A stretch of DNA of 63,684 bases, filler included, from Reclinomonas americana ATCC 50394 (taxonomy: Eukaryota), in NCBI GenBank assembly GCA_048213135.1. It is 5 parts of 5 records of this genome, joined end to end, with 100 filler letters (N's around TTAATTAATTAA, not from the genome) between each part and the next. Parts side by side here need not be neighbours in the genome. Positions count along the whole stretch, not along the records: positions 19,186 to 38,332 come from PS015258.1; 4 more parts are not named here. One strand, written 5' to 3'. Both the position numbers and the translations under genes were made by a program. This document shows positions 19,802 to 33,500 of the stretch, one piece after another. Numbering within the stretch: position 1 is the first letter of the stretch; each line of letters begins with the position of its first letter. The notes beneath the pieces are model-generated. The model ran no database searches, was not told the origin of the DNA, and saw only the letters and a program-made list of their open reading frames with translations.

Positions 19802-22800
19802 ATGACCTCGCCACCTCCACCCACAGCTCCACTCACTGAAGGCCCACCACATGTCACAGGTCTCAAGAGAGAGAGAGAGAGACAGAGAGAGAACAAAGAC
19901 AGAAGAGAGAAGAAAGAAAGACTCAACTCAAGAATGCGATGATCACTGTTTCACTCTCTCTTCTCAATCTGTCGTTCACTGTTCTCGCTCTCTCTCTCTC
20001 TCACACACACACACACTCACTCACTGTGCAGTCGATCCATCACCTCACTCTCTCTCATCGCATCTCTAAATCTCACACTCACATTGTCTCTCGCGCACAC
20101 ACACACTCTCTCTCACACACACACTCTCTCTCTCTCACACACACACACTCTCTCTCTCTCACACACAGTTCCACACAGAGCGAGAGAGAGATCGTCTGTC
20201 TCTCACAGGTCATCTCAAATCAGTTTCTTTCTCTCTCTTCTCTCTCTTAGTTCTCTCTCCCCCTCCTCTCTGTTCTCTCTGTTCTCTTATCTCTCTTGCT
20301 CTTCTCTCTCTCTCTCTCTGTTCTCTCTTCTCTCCGCTCTGTCTTGCACACGGATCATATCTGCCACTGCAGTTCATCTCGAAAATCAGTTCTCTCTCTC
20401 TCACCTCCTTCTCCTCTCTCCCCTTTGCTCTCCCTCAGGCACCTCCAGTGTCCCCGGCTCCGCGCGTCTCCGCCACGCCGCCTCCTCGCAGCTTCTCCCG
20501 CCTAACAGCATCTCACCTCGACATCACCCCTCCCATCACCGACATCGCCCACTGCAACGCGCCAACAGTCGACGATTGCGAGTCGACGATGCGGCTTCGT
20601 CGCGCGCCGGCAGCGACGACATGTCGGATACGGAGCTGGATGCGTTGATTGATGATGTGGTGAGGAAGGAGAGGGGGAGAGGGAGAGAGGAACAGGAGAC
20701 AGTTNNNNNNNNNNNNNNNNNNNNNNNNNNNNNNNNNNNNNNNNNNNNNNNNNNNNNNNNNNNNNNNNNNNNNNNNNNNNNNNNNNNNNNNNNNNNNNNN
20801 NNNNNNNNNNNNNNNNNNNNNNNNNNNNNNNNNNNNNNNNNNNNNNNNNNNNNNNNNNNNNNNNNNNNNNNNNNNNNNNNNNNNNNNNNNNNNNNNNNNN
20901 NNNNNNNNNNNNNNNNNNNNNNNNNNNNNNNNNNNNNNNNNNNNNNNNNNNNNNNNNNNNNNNNNNNNNNNNNNNNNNNNNNNNNNNNNNNNNNNNNNNN
21001 NNNNNNNNNNNNNNNNNNNNNNNNNNNNNNNNNNNNNNNNNNNNNNNNNNNNNNNNNNNNNNNNNNNNNNNNNNNNNNNNNNNNNNNNNNNNNNNNNNNN
21101 NNNNNNNNNNNNNNNNNNNNNNNNNNNNNNNNNNNNNNNNNNNNNNNNNNNNNNNNNNNNNNNNNNNNNNNNNNNNNNNNNNNNNNNNNNNNNNNNNNNN
21201 NNNNNNNNNNNNNNNNNNNNNNNNNNNNNNNNNNNNNNNNNNNNNNNNNNNNNNNNNNNNNNNNNNNNNNNNNNNNNNNNNNNNNNNNNNNNNNNNNNNN
21301 NNNNNNNNNNNNNNNNNNNNNNNNNNNNNNNNNNNNNNNNNNNNNNNNNNNNNNNNNNNNNNNNNNNNNNNNNNNNNNNNNNNNNNNNNNNNNNNNNNNN
21401 NNNNNNNNNNNNNNNNNNNNNNNNGGACTGCACAAAGGATGAGGAAAGAAAGAGAGAGGCAGAGAGGTAGCACGAGGCAGCCGTGCAAAATGATCGGAGA
21501 GGAGGGCACAGGGACAGATACACAGTCGGGCATGTACTCCAAGAGAATGATAGACAAGAAAGACAGCATGTATGAGACAAAAGAAAGAGTGAGGCACAGT
21601 GAGGGTCGAGGAGCCAGCGAGCAAGATGGAGTGGAGATGGAGGGAACACAAGCAACGAGCAGAATACACGGATGCACAGGCCATGCAGGGAGAAAGAAAG
21701 AAAGAAAGAGGCATCGTGAGGTTGCGGGCCATGCTGACTGCTGGGCTGACAGCGAGAGAGACAGGACAGATATACAAGCGTGCACGCGGACAAGAGCATA
21801 ACTGAGATGGACTGCATGTATAAGACTAAAGAAAGAGTGAGGCACAGTGAGGGACGTGAAGATGGCGAGCAAGATGTAACATAGATAGAGAGGGAGCAGA
21901 ACACACAGATGCACAGGCCATGCAGAAAGAAAGAAAGAAAGAGACATGGTGAGGTTGCAAGAGATGGCCATGCTGACTGATGGGCTTACGGCGAGAGAGA
22001 AGGGGACACAAACAGACTAATTGCATAACAGACTGACAGACAGGCAGCCAAGGACAATATTAGACGGAAGAAAGAGAGCTGTGAGGATGCAGGAGATAGC
22101 AACGGGCTGACAGCGAGCAAGGGCAATGCAGACAGAGAGCAGAACAAACAGGTTCGTAAACATGCATACAGCCAGGAGCACAGACTGAGAGGTGCAGAGT
22201 GAAGGAGCAAGAGGCAGCCATGCTGACTGCTGAGCAGACTGCGAGCAAGGCGCTTGAGAGGGGGAGACGCAAACAACGAGCAGAAAACACAGGTTCACAG
22301 CTCGTGCAGAACAGAGGCAAAATGAAGAAGCAGTCCGTGCAAAACGGATGGGCAGACAGCGAGAAAGGATGAGGGAGAGCAGAACAAACAGGTTCGCAGA
22401 CATGCATGCAGGCCAAGATCACAGACTGTGGGAAACGGAGAGAGGATGCAGGAGGCAGCCATGCAAAGCGGATGGGCAGACAACGAGAAGAATGTGATAG
22501 CCGAAACACACAGAGAGCAAGTACGCAGACAGATGCACGCCAAGAGCATGGCAGGCAGTCAGCCACATGTGTGAGTGCATCGTGATTGACACAGACGCAT
22601 GAAGATGACTGGCGAGTCGCCGCACAGATGTGTGGACTGCATGTTTTGTGTTAATCGTCTGAGTCGCCTTCAATCTCTCTCTAACGTTCCTCACTCGCAG
22701 TCTCCGTCTTGCCTTTTCCTCATCCTCACCCTGCCCTCTCTCCACTCCCCACAGTTCAGCGACGGCGACGAAATGTCACTCGACTCCTTCGACGACAACA

Positions 22801-24482
22801 TGTTTGGCGAGGCCCTCGCCCAGGTAGCACCTCCTCTCCATCCCGCCCTGCCTGCCTCCATTCTGCATCCTGCCTGACACACGCGTGTTCGCAGTTTGCC
22901 GAGAAGCACGGCATCGCCAGAGACGTTCTCCGCACACCTGTACAGTCACCTCGGTTAATCGTGCGCGATCCGTCGGCCTCGCCAGCCATGCCAAAGAGTG
23001 GTGGCCGATCAAGGTCTCCACTCGCGCACGACAGCACAGTGGCGCTTGCTTTGGCTGACTGTCCTCTGCAGATGGTTCAAGAAGAGTGCCCCAATCTCCA
23101 GCAGCACACTCGGCGCCATGATCCAATCCAACCTGTCGTTCCGATCCACAAACAGCAGCTTCCGGTCGCGTACGGGAGATGCATCGCCTGGTTCGTGCGC
23201 TCACGCACCTTGCTTGAATCATCCCCTCATTCTCTCATTCTCTCTTTCCCAGCCTTTGTCGGCGTCAAGGGGCACATTCCGGAGGAGCTCATGAAAGCCC
23301 TCTTTTCCACCGACGTCGCTGAGGATCCGATTGTCGTCGAGATTCGCAAAGGTCACCTGCCTGTGTCTCGCACACTTTTGATCCCTTTGCTTGCCACTCA
23401 CGCCAATATCCGCACAGAACTGGAACGCGAGGAGTCGGTTTCATTGATCCAGGTGATTTTATCCCCCTCTGCGTCCATTATGTGCTTTCTTCACCACTCA
23501 TGTCATCGTCCACTGCGCAGCGCATGTGGCGTGGACATCGAGGCACGTCATTGGATGTTAATCTGCGCAACAAAACGTCTCTGATTCTCATCGTCTCTCT
23601 CTGTGTACCGCTGCAGCTCGTAAACAGGTGCAACGGATGCGAGAAGAGCGAGGCGTGAGTGCGCCGGCGGCACCACCACCACCCATCGCCGACTCGACCG
23701 ACGCTACAGAGCCGGCGGTGTGTGCTGGCGAACAAGTGCACCGCTTGTGTGTGACCCCCTCACTCTTTGCCTGGCACATCGCAGATACCGCTCGTTACGC
23801 CACTGCGCGACAAGTCCTCCAACTCGCCCCCACGCGGAACATCGCCTCCTCTTCGCAGTGGACGAGTTGTGTAACCCCTACCTACCTCGCCGACTGTCCA
23901 TGATCCTCTCCTCACATCCGCATTCCGCACGCACAGTCGCCTCCGCGCGAACCCGACAGCCTCACGCTCGACGTCGACACCTTGGAGTCCGTCACGCACC
24001 GCTCACCGACCAGCGGTCGCAGTGGCAGCAGTCCACGTCGCTCCGCCACTGTCCCATCGTCGCCAATGGCCGCTGGCTCGGCCTCGGCACCGTTGCAGTC
24101 TACGGTGGGTGTGGGTGAAGGCGTTGGTTCTCAATCAGTGATTGGTAGTGACGCAAGCGTGATGTGTGCGTGTACAGCGTGATAATCTAGCGCACGGTGG
24201 TGCATCTGCGGCAGCGAGACCACGAGGGAATTATCTCGCCAGTCCGCCTGCATCGAGTCGAGTTGAGTGCAGGGTGGGCTCTCTCTTTCTTTCTTTCTCT
24301 CTCTGTCCTTCTCATTCTTTCTCATTCTTTCTCTCTTTCTTTGTCTGTCTGTCTGCCTCTATCTGTCTCTTCTCTGTCTCTCCCTATTCGTTCGTTCATT
24401 CTTTCTTTCTCGTCTCTTTGTCTCTCTCCGCCTCTGAATCTCTCTCACTTGTCTGAGTGTCTGTCCCTCTTTCTTCTCTCGT

Positions 24483-24549
<67 letters not shown>

Positions 24550-27500
24550 CCGTCAACATATGCTCCCGTCCTGTCGCTGGAGGCGATGCAAAACATGACC
24601 TCTCCCTTCTGTTCCTCGTCCGTAGGGCCTCTCCGGTCCCGATTCAACCGGCTCAGGAGCGAGCGCCGGTCACAGTGGCAGCCCGCCGTCCACGATGGTT
24701 TGCGCCGCATTTGCAGACTCTCTCTCTCTCACGTCCCTCTCGCTCATCCCTTCGCCTCCCTGCCCACAGTCTCCTCGCCTGGCCTCTCACCGCTCTCGAC
24801 GTGACCTGTTGCTGGGAATGCTGGGAGCGCGTGCGCAGCAGGTGGCTGCCGCTCGACTCAACTCGCCCGACATTGAGGTCCGTGATGAGGGAGTGCTGCT
24901 GGAAGCTGAGAGCTGAACCTGACTTCCCGTTCCCCAGACACAATCCGTCGGCCGCATCAGCCCACGACGCTCTACCGACCGTCGCCAAGCAGACATGGTC
25001 CACAGCCGACCAACGGCACTGCAGGCCGCCGCCTCCACCCCGCAACTGCACCGTGCCGACAGGTCGGCGCACCTCACGCTGGACCGCAGTCTCTCCAATT
25101 TTGAATCCACCTCCACACTCGTGGTGGAGACCCCCGGCGGCTCCTCCCACGAGCTGCCGACCAGCACGGTGCTCGACGAGAGTGCCGTGGGTGACGGTGA
25201 CGGCGATGCCGACGCCAGGGTGCATGAGGGTCAGCTTGAGCCGCCCGCGGAGAGTTTCTCCGAGTCGACCACGCCTGTTTTGTCGCCGAGGGCGCCGACC
25301 GAGCCGCCCCTGCTGAGACCAATCGCACCACCGCCAGAGACACACGAGTCGGCATTACAAAAGCCGCCATCAACAGCGGCGGAGACGCGCGGTGCGGCAG
25401 CTGGCAGTTGTTTTTTTTTGCCTCTTTTGGTCGTCTCACTGTCTTTCCCTCTCTGTAGCAGACAGCGCGACACTGCCTCCCCCCGCATCGGCCACTGCCG
25501 CCACCGACTCGCAACCGTCGCCTCGCTTTCTGAGAGTCGCCGACACGCCGAGCAGGCCACTCGGCTACAGTGACAATGACTTTATCGGTCTGCATGTCCT
25601 TGTGCACGCATCGCCGCTCTCTCTCTTCTACTTCCGTGGGATTCATCTCTCTCTTTTTGCAGCACCGGATCAGTCACCTGCACAATCACCCGCCCCTCGA
25701 CGATTACCACCTCTCGGCGGCGCGCTGAATCGATCACTCACGGCGCCATTGTCTGGCCCTCTCGCTCTGTCGACCACTGTCCCCCCGTCACCATTACCAG
25801 CGTGGGCGGTGCGTTGTTGCTCTTTTTCGCGAGCACGCATCGTATAGCGGTTTCGTCCTCATGCAGTGTCGCAGGAACGGGCACCGTTGTCACGACCCGC
25901 ACCGCAACTCGCAGTCACCATCGACGAAGCTGCCGAGGACGTGCCAGCAGCACCTCCAAAATCAGTCAAGACTTCGTTGCTGTCGTCATCGTCCTCCACG
26001 CAAACACAGACCGATGGCGCTGGCGAGTACATGCTGCGGCCCATCTCCGCCCCCAGCACGCCGCTCACACAGGGTTTGTCGAGAGACTGCGCTGATCTTC
26101 AATGTGTTTCTCAACTGTGAGTGACAGGCGCCAGCTCCGGATCGCCCATGACGTCGCCTTCGGGTTACACGGCACGCGATCGATCGCCGTCCATTCGCTC
26201 GTCAGAAATCGGCACACCCAAGCAGCGCCGGTCCATTGTCTCCACCGGTTTGCACTTTATGCCTCCTGCACGATTACCTTGCCTGTTCTTCTGACCAGTG
26301 TCCAGGCGAGCTCGACTTGACGCAGCCAGGCTCACAGTCGGATCTGAACAAGGTGACACACGAGATGGTGTCTTATTCCTGTCGAAACGATCTCACGTCG
26401 ACTTTGTTGCAGAATCGGTACTGGAAACGCCATCGTGTGCACTTTCGCAAGAAAAAGGTGGCCGCGACCCCGGAGGAAGTGTCGTACATTCATCAACAGA
26501 TTGTCGATGTGGTGGTTGCGGGTTCGGTGGACGTTGCCTTGCGCCGCACGCAGTATGGGTATTAACTCAAGGACCGCAGATGCGATATTTGCGGGCGAGT
26601 CCGTCCTGGAGGGCCGCGCCGTGCAGCGGTCGTACGAGCGTCGTGTCGTGCCGAAGAACGCCTTCGGTATTCATTTGCTGGGGGCGTCGCAGACGAGAGA
26701 GGTTGGTCAACACAGAGGGGCACATTATGCGACGGGTGCTTTCCTATCTCTCGCTCTTGCGCTGGCTCACAGCAAGCGACTATAACAATGATCGTAAGAG
26801 TGGAGTGGAAAAGTGAGGAGATGGAAAGAGAGAGAGGATGTGTGTGTTACGAAAGATAGAAGGAGAACAAATTACTGGAGAATCTGGAAGATTGCAAGGC
26901 GACTGTCTGCGATGCCCGTCGCTGTCGATCGCTTTCTCTGTCTGTTAGATTTATCTCTGTCGGTTTTCTCCGTCTCACTGCACGTCTCTCTCTCTCTCTC
27001 TCTCTCTCTGTTCTCTCTTCAATTATTTGTCATTCACATTACTCGAATCCTGTCTCTGCACCCCTCCTCACGTCTGCTTTCCCTGCTCGCCACCTTCCCC
27101 ACTCCCCACATTCTCTTCCCTTCTCCCCCCTTTCCCATCGCGCTTCCCCTCCCCTTCTCACATTTTCTTCTCCGCTTCTCCCTGCACCCTTTGCCGTTCT
27201 CCCCTTTCCTTCTCCTTTTCCCTTCTCCCCTTCCCTTCTCCCCTTTCCTTCTCCCCTTCCTTCCCCGTTTGCCCTTCTCCCTCTACCCTCTCCCCTTTGC
27301 CCTTCTCACATTCTCCTTCCCGCGTCCCCCTTCCCCTTCCCCCTTTACCCCTTTACCCCCTTTTGCTCTCCCGCAGTCGGCCACCGTGTCAGCCTCCAAT
27401 CTCAACTGCATCAGCCCAACCACCTTTTGGGTGCTGTCCACCGACGTCGCCCAAGGCAGAGCCACGATGCTGGACGCGGTCACCGGCAAGGAGATCTCCA

Positions 27501-30500
27501 CACACATTCTGCCCCAAGTGCGCACACGTAGCTCGTCTTTCCAGTCATCTTCGCCGCCTCCTTGTTGACATCCGTGCGCACAGGCTCTGGGGCAGGCCGT
27601 CAGCTGCGCAATCGACTCGCGTCTCGATCGTGTCTACTTTCTCGCGCACGACCTCGGTGTGTGGTTCACGCCACTCGGCGCCGAAGACGACTGGCAATGC
27701 TTGATTTCGTCGGCGCAGGGTCAACCGGTTCGCGCTCAACACGTGTTTTCATTCACTCCACATCCCCTCCTCACCCCCCATGTGCAGGAGCGTGTGCAGC
27801 GCAAGTGGTGGCGATCCCTGGATCCCGTGTGTCGCACATTGGTCGTGGACAGTGCCGTCGGTACCGTGCTGGTGAATGCCACTCCGCATTTGGCACACGA
27901 TGCGTTGGCATGTGTGTTGGAGTTGCCGCCTTCGGGTCGTCACATTTTCTCGTTTGAGCCGACAGCTGGCAAACTTATTCGTGCGTGGAGTTTTGTCGAG
28001 TGTCTCACCCCGTCGTGGATGGTACGTGTTGGTTCAAGTGCGCGCACGCTCTCTGTTTTATTGTTTTTCATCGTGTTCTTGTCAGGTGGCACAAGCCAGC
28101 TGCCTGCCAGGAAATGAGTTGGATCTGCTCGTGTCGTACTGCCCCTCAGGAGGCAATGCCGATGTGCTGTCGCCTGGTGGTGAGTTTCTTTCGGTATCCT
28201 CTTCGCTCTCACTCCCTTCTCTCACTCCGACGGTGCAGCGGTGGCGCAATGGGATCGTGGACTGCTGGTGGAGTGGCTGCAAGCGACGGGTCCAGGGACG
28301 ACGGAGTGGCAGGTGCTTCGTCGCTTCTCCAACAGCCCCGATGCTGCGGCGCTCGACTCGCGAATACCGTCGCTCCGCTACTCGCCGACCATTGTGCACG
28401 CCAATGTGCACGTCTATCGCCTGTACGACAGGCAACTGCGAGACAATAGCGCAGTCGGCGACAAGCGCCTGGCCACCGACGTCATGCCTGCGGGGTATGC
28501 GACTCTTCATTTTGCCCCTGGTATCTCCCTGTGAGTTGTTGTCTCTCAAGCATGCACTGCGTCGCAGATATTCGTGGTGCGGATCTCGCCTTTCCGCACC
28601 TGTACAAGCGGGACCACGTCTGCAGCCGCCATCCACTATTCGGGGACGACGACCACGCTGCGATTTCGGAGTGGCACTCTACCCGTCGGTGGGACCACGT
28701 GAATCGCGGTCTACACTGTACCCGGATGTGATTCTGCTCGGTTTGTAAGCGATGATTCCGTAGAGCACGTTCGTGCGTTCCTACAATGCAATGCTGTACC
28801 ACAGGTCACGGGACGCCGGTGGTGGTCTGTGGCGAGCTGTCTGCTTTTCAGCTCGTTGTCACCGTGTCGACGGATGGGTGCTTGAGGTGAGGTCGACGGT
28901 GGCAAAAGGAGAGGAGACGCACGACCATGGCTGCTGACCACGGGATGCGCAGATTATGGAACCCGGCACTCACTCGCTTGCCGCTGGTGGACCCTAATGC
29001 ACCGCCAAGCATGCGCATTGGTTTCGGGTGGTATACAGTACCACCGCCACAATTCGCCACCACCAGCCATCCGTTCGCCTGCGTGTGCTACTGCTGGCTC
29101 CCGTCGTTGCTGAAACAGGACTCATTGAGGTTTGCTCCATCCACTGTTTATTGTGAGATAGACAGCCACAGGAACTCACGTGTTTGCTCTGCCAGTCTTG
29201 TTCGTGGCGACGTGTTGCGGGTCGGCGACTTGGACGTCATCTCGCTTCTTGGTGAGTAGTTTGTATTTTTCCCTCCTGCTTTCTCGATGTTCTCTGTATG
29301 TCCCTTCTTCATGTCCTCCTTCACTTCCCTTTCCCTGACAACACCCCGGAACGCAGATGCCTCTGGGCGCACGTTCCTGCTGAGCGTCGGAAGCCTGCGC
29401 ATGGAGGTGCCGGCTGTTGAGTTTGACATGCCACCGACGCCGGAGAACGTTGTGCGAGCGGAGAGAGATGCTGCCGACCGAGCCGCGGCGGCCAGCCGAA
29501 CAGTTGCGCCTCTATGTCACTATTCTAAGTCCTCTGCGAGTGTTCTGACGTACACGCGCACAGTCCCTGGTGGAGTTGCAACGGAGAATGCTCGCGCTGC
29601 GCACGTCTGAGCGGCGGTGGCAGAGTGACATCTGGGACAGTCTGTACATTCTCACTGTATCACGTGCTCGTTTCCACGGCGATTGTGCACCACAAGCCGT
29701 GGCTCGCATCTACGACACAATTCTGAGTGCGCCCAGTCGCGCCGAGTTACTTGCCGTGTGCAAGCCGGACGCGACAGAGTTGCAGCAGACCATCTACCTG
29801 TCCGAGGTGTTTCGTTTCATGCGCGCCGTGCGTTTGCTGTTGCCGGAACATCAGCAAGTGGAAAAGTTGTGTGCGCACCGCACCGCGCCGCGGCGGCTGT
29901 TGCTAAGTGCCTGTGTGTGTGATATGCAGATTCTTCTCTGACGGGTACCGGCGCGTGACGAGTGGCAACACCAGCAAGACGTCAGTGGACTTTTCACATC
30001 GCGTCAGTCGCACAGAGTTCACCAGCTGGGTGGCGCATTTGGATCCCATGAGCCGACTGCGAGGTCACATGAACATGTTTCTCGATCTGTTGGAGCAGCA
30101 GAATGCGGTGGTGGATGACCCGACGGTGCGTTGACGGGAAGTTGCGCGGTGCATTCTTCTGGCAGCCATGGGACTCACTGATGTGACTTCAGTTCTCGTT
30201 TGTTCGGCAACTTCGTGGTCTCAACCGTGCTGCTCTGGAGACGCAACGAACCACCTTGCGTGATGCACTCGCACTCGTGCGCGAGGACATTCATGGTGCG
30301 ACGTTTGTCTTTTGAGCGCTCATGCATCGCAGACTCATCTCGCTTTTGTACAGACTTGCAGCGACGCATGCAGAGCCGTCACCAAGAGCGACTGCGAGTC
30401 AAGCTCGAACACACCATTCAAGAGAGTTGCGACTTCCCTCACATTCTCCTTCATTTCTACTATCTGCGACTGACTATGCACCTCCATTTTATCGTGCAGC

Positions 30501-33500
30501 TGCACATGGAGCACAGCACTTGGATCACGAGTTTCCCCCGCTCGCACAGGCGGCACGAAGTGCCAGTCCTGTGCGCGATGACTGGTCACCGACGGAAGTG
30601 GCCGTGTTTGAGTACTATCCGTTCTTTGCGGCGCGGTGGGGCCATAATCTTGTTTCCTACCTGCGTGCAATCCATGTGGCTTACAATTGTTGCTCACTCA
30701 GGAATATCAAGATGACGATTCACGTGCTGCGGCGACCTGCCGACGGCACCACGTGGAGTGCCATTCCCATTGAGGTACGTGAACGAGGACCATCGACGAA
30801 CTGAGAGTTCATCAAGAGCTGATATTTACCACACCAATGCAGGACACTTCCGAGGATACGGTGCAGCGACTGGCCGCTGTGTACAACACTGCCAAATGGT
30901 ATGTGTTGAGTTTTGTGCAGCATTGCTCTGCCTTCGACAACACTGCTGACTTGTCTTTCTGCGACAGCTGTCCGCGCATTGCCAGTGTCCGTCGCCTCAG
31001 CGACCAGGCCGTGTTGGCCGGCGTGCCACCGGACTCGGCCGACACTTCGATTTTGCGCAGCCGCGCTCTGGTGGCCTCGTTTGCGCTGACGAGAAATCCG
31101 ACGCTGATGGCGTTTATGCGTTGCGTTGTTCGCGCTGGGGCTGTGTTGTGGTTCAGCTCTCATGGTGAGTTGTCTGGCAGGTAACTACGATCTGGGCAGC
31201 GATGGTGCCGCACGTGTAGCTCTATGCGCCGCTGTCCTCAAGGTTGGGGTTCCTCGTGTTGTATCAATGTCACTTGTGGCACTGATCGTTGTTGATGCGG
31301 TCCACAGAACCTGATGGAGCTGTCGCAAGTGTTTGACATGCAAGAGGATCGCTTCCTCTTGACCACAGAGAATGCCTTTGTCACTCGCGACGGCAATGTG
31401 CTGTTTGCTCCACTTCCTGTGAATGTGGGACGAGGTGAGATGAATCACAATCTGCGTGCATCATGGTGCTGAAGCTCACAAGTCTACGTGCAGGAGACTC
31501 ACCGTTTATTCCACCCGAGTGGACGCGGCTGCTGGATGCGGTGAGTGGCGGCATACTGAGCAACTTGTTCGGGCAAGAGCTCATCGCTTTGTCGCTGCAG
31601 GGTCTCAAAACTAGCAGCGATCCGCACGCTTGGCTCGTGTGGTCGTTTGGGTGTTTCATGCTGAGTCTGCTGGTGCTGAGTGGCCCGGGTCTCACCGACT
31701 ATGTCAGTCATGTCACACGGTGCGCCGTGCCTGTGCTGCTGATCGCTTTCGCCTTCAAATGAGTGGAGCTCACTGTGTGTGCGGGGACTTTAGGTACCTG
31801 CGACGTGTCGATCTGAAGCGGCTGGACGAGGACAGCTACTTTGTGCTCGATTTGGTCGGTCCCGAGAATGCGGCTGCGCTGCGGTGAGCACACAGGATGA
31901 TTCACGCAACACCTCGCGTGAAGGAGAAGCAGAGGAGAAAGGATTTGACGGAGTGTGCGCGAGGGAGAGAGAGAAGGGGAAAAGAATGCTTTCTTGCTGA
32001 AAGAGCGGAGTGTGTTGTTACTTGGCAAATGGGAGAAGCGTGAAGGAAAAGCAGAGGAGGAATGAGTTGACGGAGTGTGCGCGAGAGTGAGGGAGAGAGA
32101 GAAGGGGAAAGAATGCTTACTTGCTGTGAGGGAGTGAGAGAGTGGAGTGTGTTTCGTGGGGAAAGGGAATGGAAGAGTGGAAGAGGTGTGGAGGAGAAGC
32201 AGAGTACGCGAGAGGGAGATATCCTCGTGTATGTGCTCATAGAGTTGTGTGGCATTTGCAGTGCATACCAGCCGGATTTGAAGGACGACGATGTGTTGGA
32301 CCTGGCCACCCTGGCCTCGTGTTGCCTGCAGATTGTGCCCAAGTATCGCATCTCTTTCCGTGCTCTCGTCAATGTGAGTCAGGCGCGCGATGCAGTTGAG
32401 TCCTCCTCTTTTCTGCTGACATACCGGCACCACAGCATCCGTTTTTCAGAACTACACGACCAGACCTGCTGGCGTCGTCCATGCGACACAAGAACATTGC
32501 TATCGTGCTGAAGGATGTGAGTATCGTTGGAATCTGTGCACTTTCGTCACCATGCTCACCCAATGCGGCTGACTGCACAGTCGTTTGGCACGTTGGTTAG
32601 CAACCTGGAAGAGGGCATGCGCAATCGGAGTTCGATGGAGACGCACTCTTTCGAGGTGCTAGTTGATGCGCTGCTGAATGCGTTGTTGCCGGATGGTGAG
32701 AGCATGATAATCGAGGGCACCCACCACCTGACACTCGATGTTGACCACCGCTGTTGTTGCTGATGCAGATGATGTGCGAGCATTGACCTTTGAAGACGAC
32801 CGTTCGTCCGCGCCATCCTCGACCACCTTTACGGTGCATGGATATGTCGCGTTTTCGGCGCATGAAATCCTCGACTGCGGAGGTTAGTGACTGGCGCTTG
32901 AATGTTGCCGCGGCCTGGCTTCTCACTTCCCCGCCTCTCCAGTGTTGGAGACCATGATTGCGTATGGGCTGTACGACATTCACGCCAGTCAACTCGGCGA
33001 GAGCCCTGCCTTGTCTTGCTTGCTGGGATTCCTGCGCAGTGTGTTCAAACGGTTTGCACCCTCCCACGTCGTCCGTGGATAGCGATCCGACGCTCATTCC
33101 TCCCACCTGTGCACAGGCTGTGCGGTCACTCTCAAGGCTCAACGCTGCAGGGCTTGAGCGACCGGGTAGGCACCCTGCTTCGACTTCTCGTAAGCATTCA
33201 CTGCAGCCTAGTTACGTTTTCGCCGTCGTCCTTTTTGCCATCTCTTCTATCTGACCCGTACATCAGCTCGATGTGTGGGAAGACAACAAGAAGGAGCCGT
33301 ACTCGTTCAAGGGCCGTTCGTTTGCTCCGCGACCGCATGTGCTGGCCTTTCTCGGTGCGCATCTTTTCACTCCTCTAGTAGTGCGCTCATTCTCTTTCTC
33401 ACCCACCGCGGGAGCACAGCGAATCGCGCGTGTGACCGCAACGACGCCACTGGTGTTGCCCGCGAGCTCTTTGTGGAGGTGTTTGGTAGCGAGCAGAATC

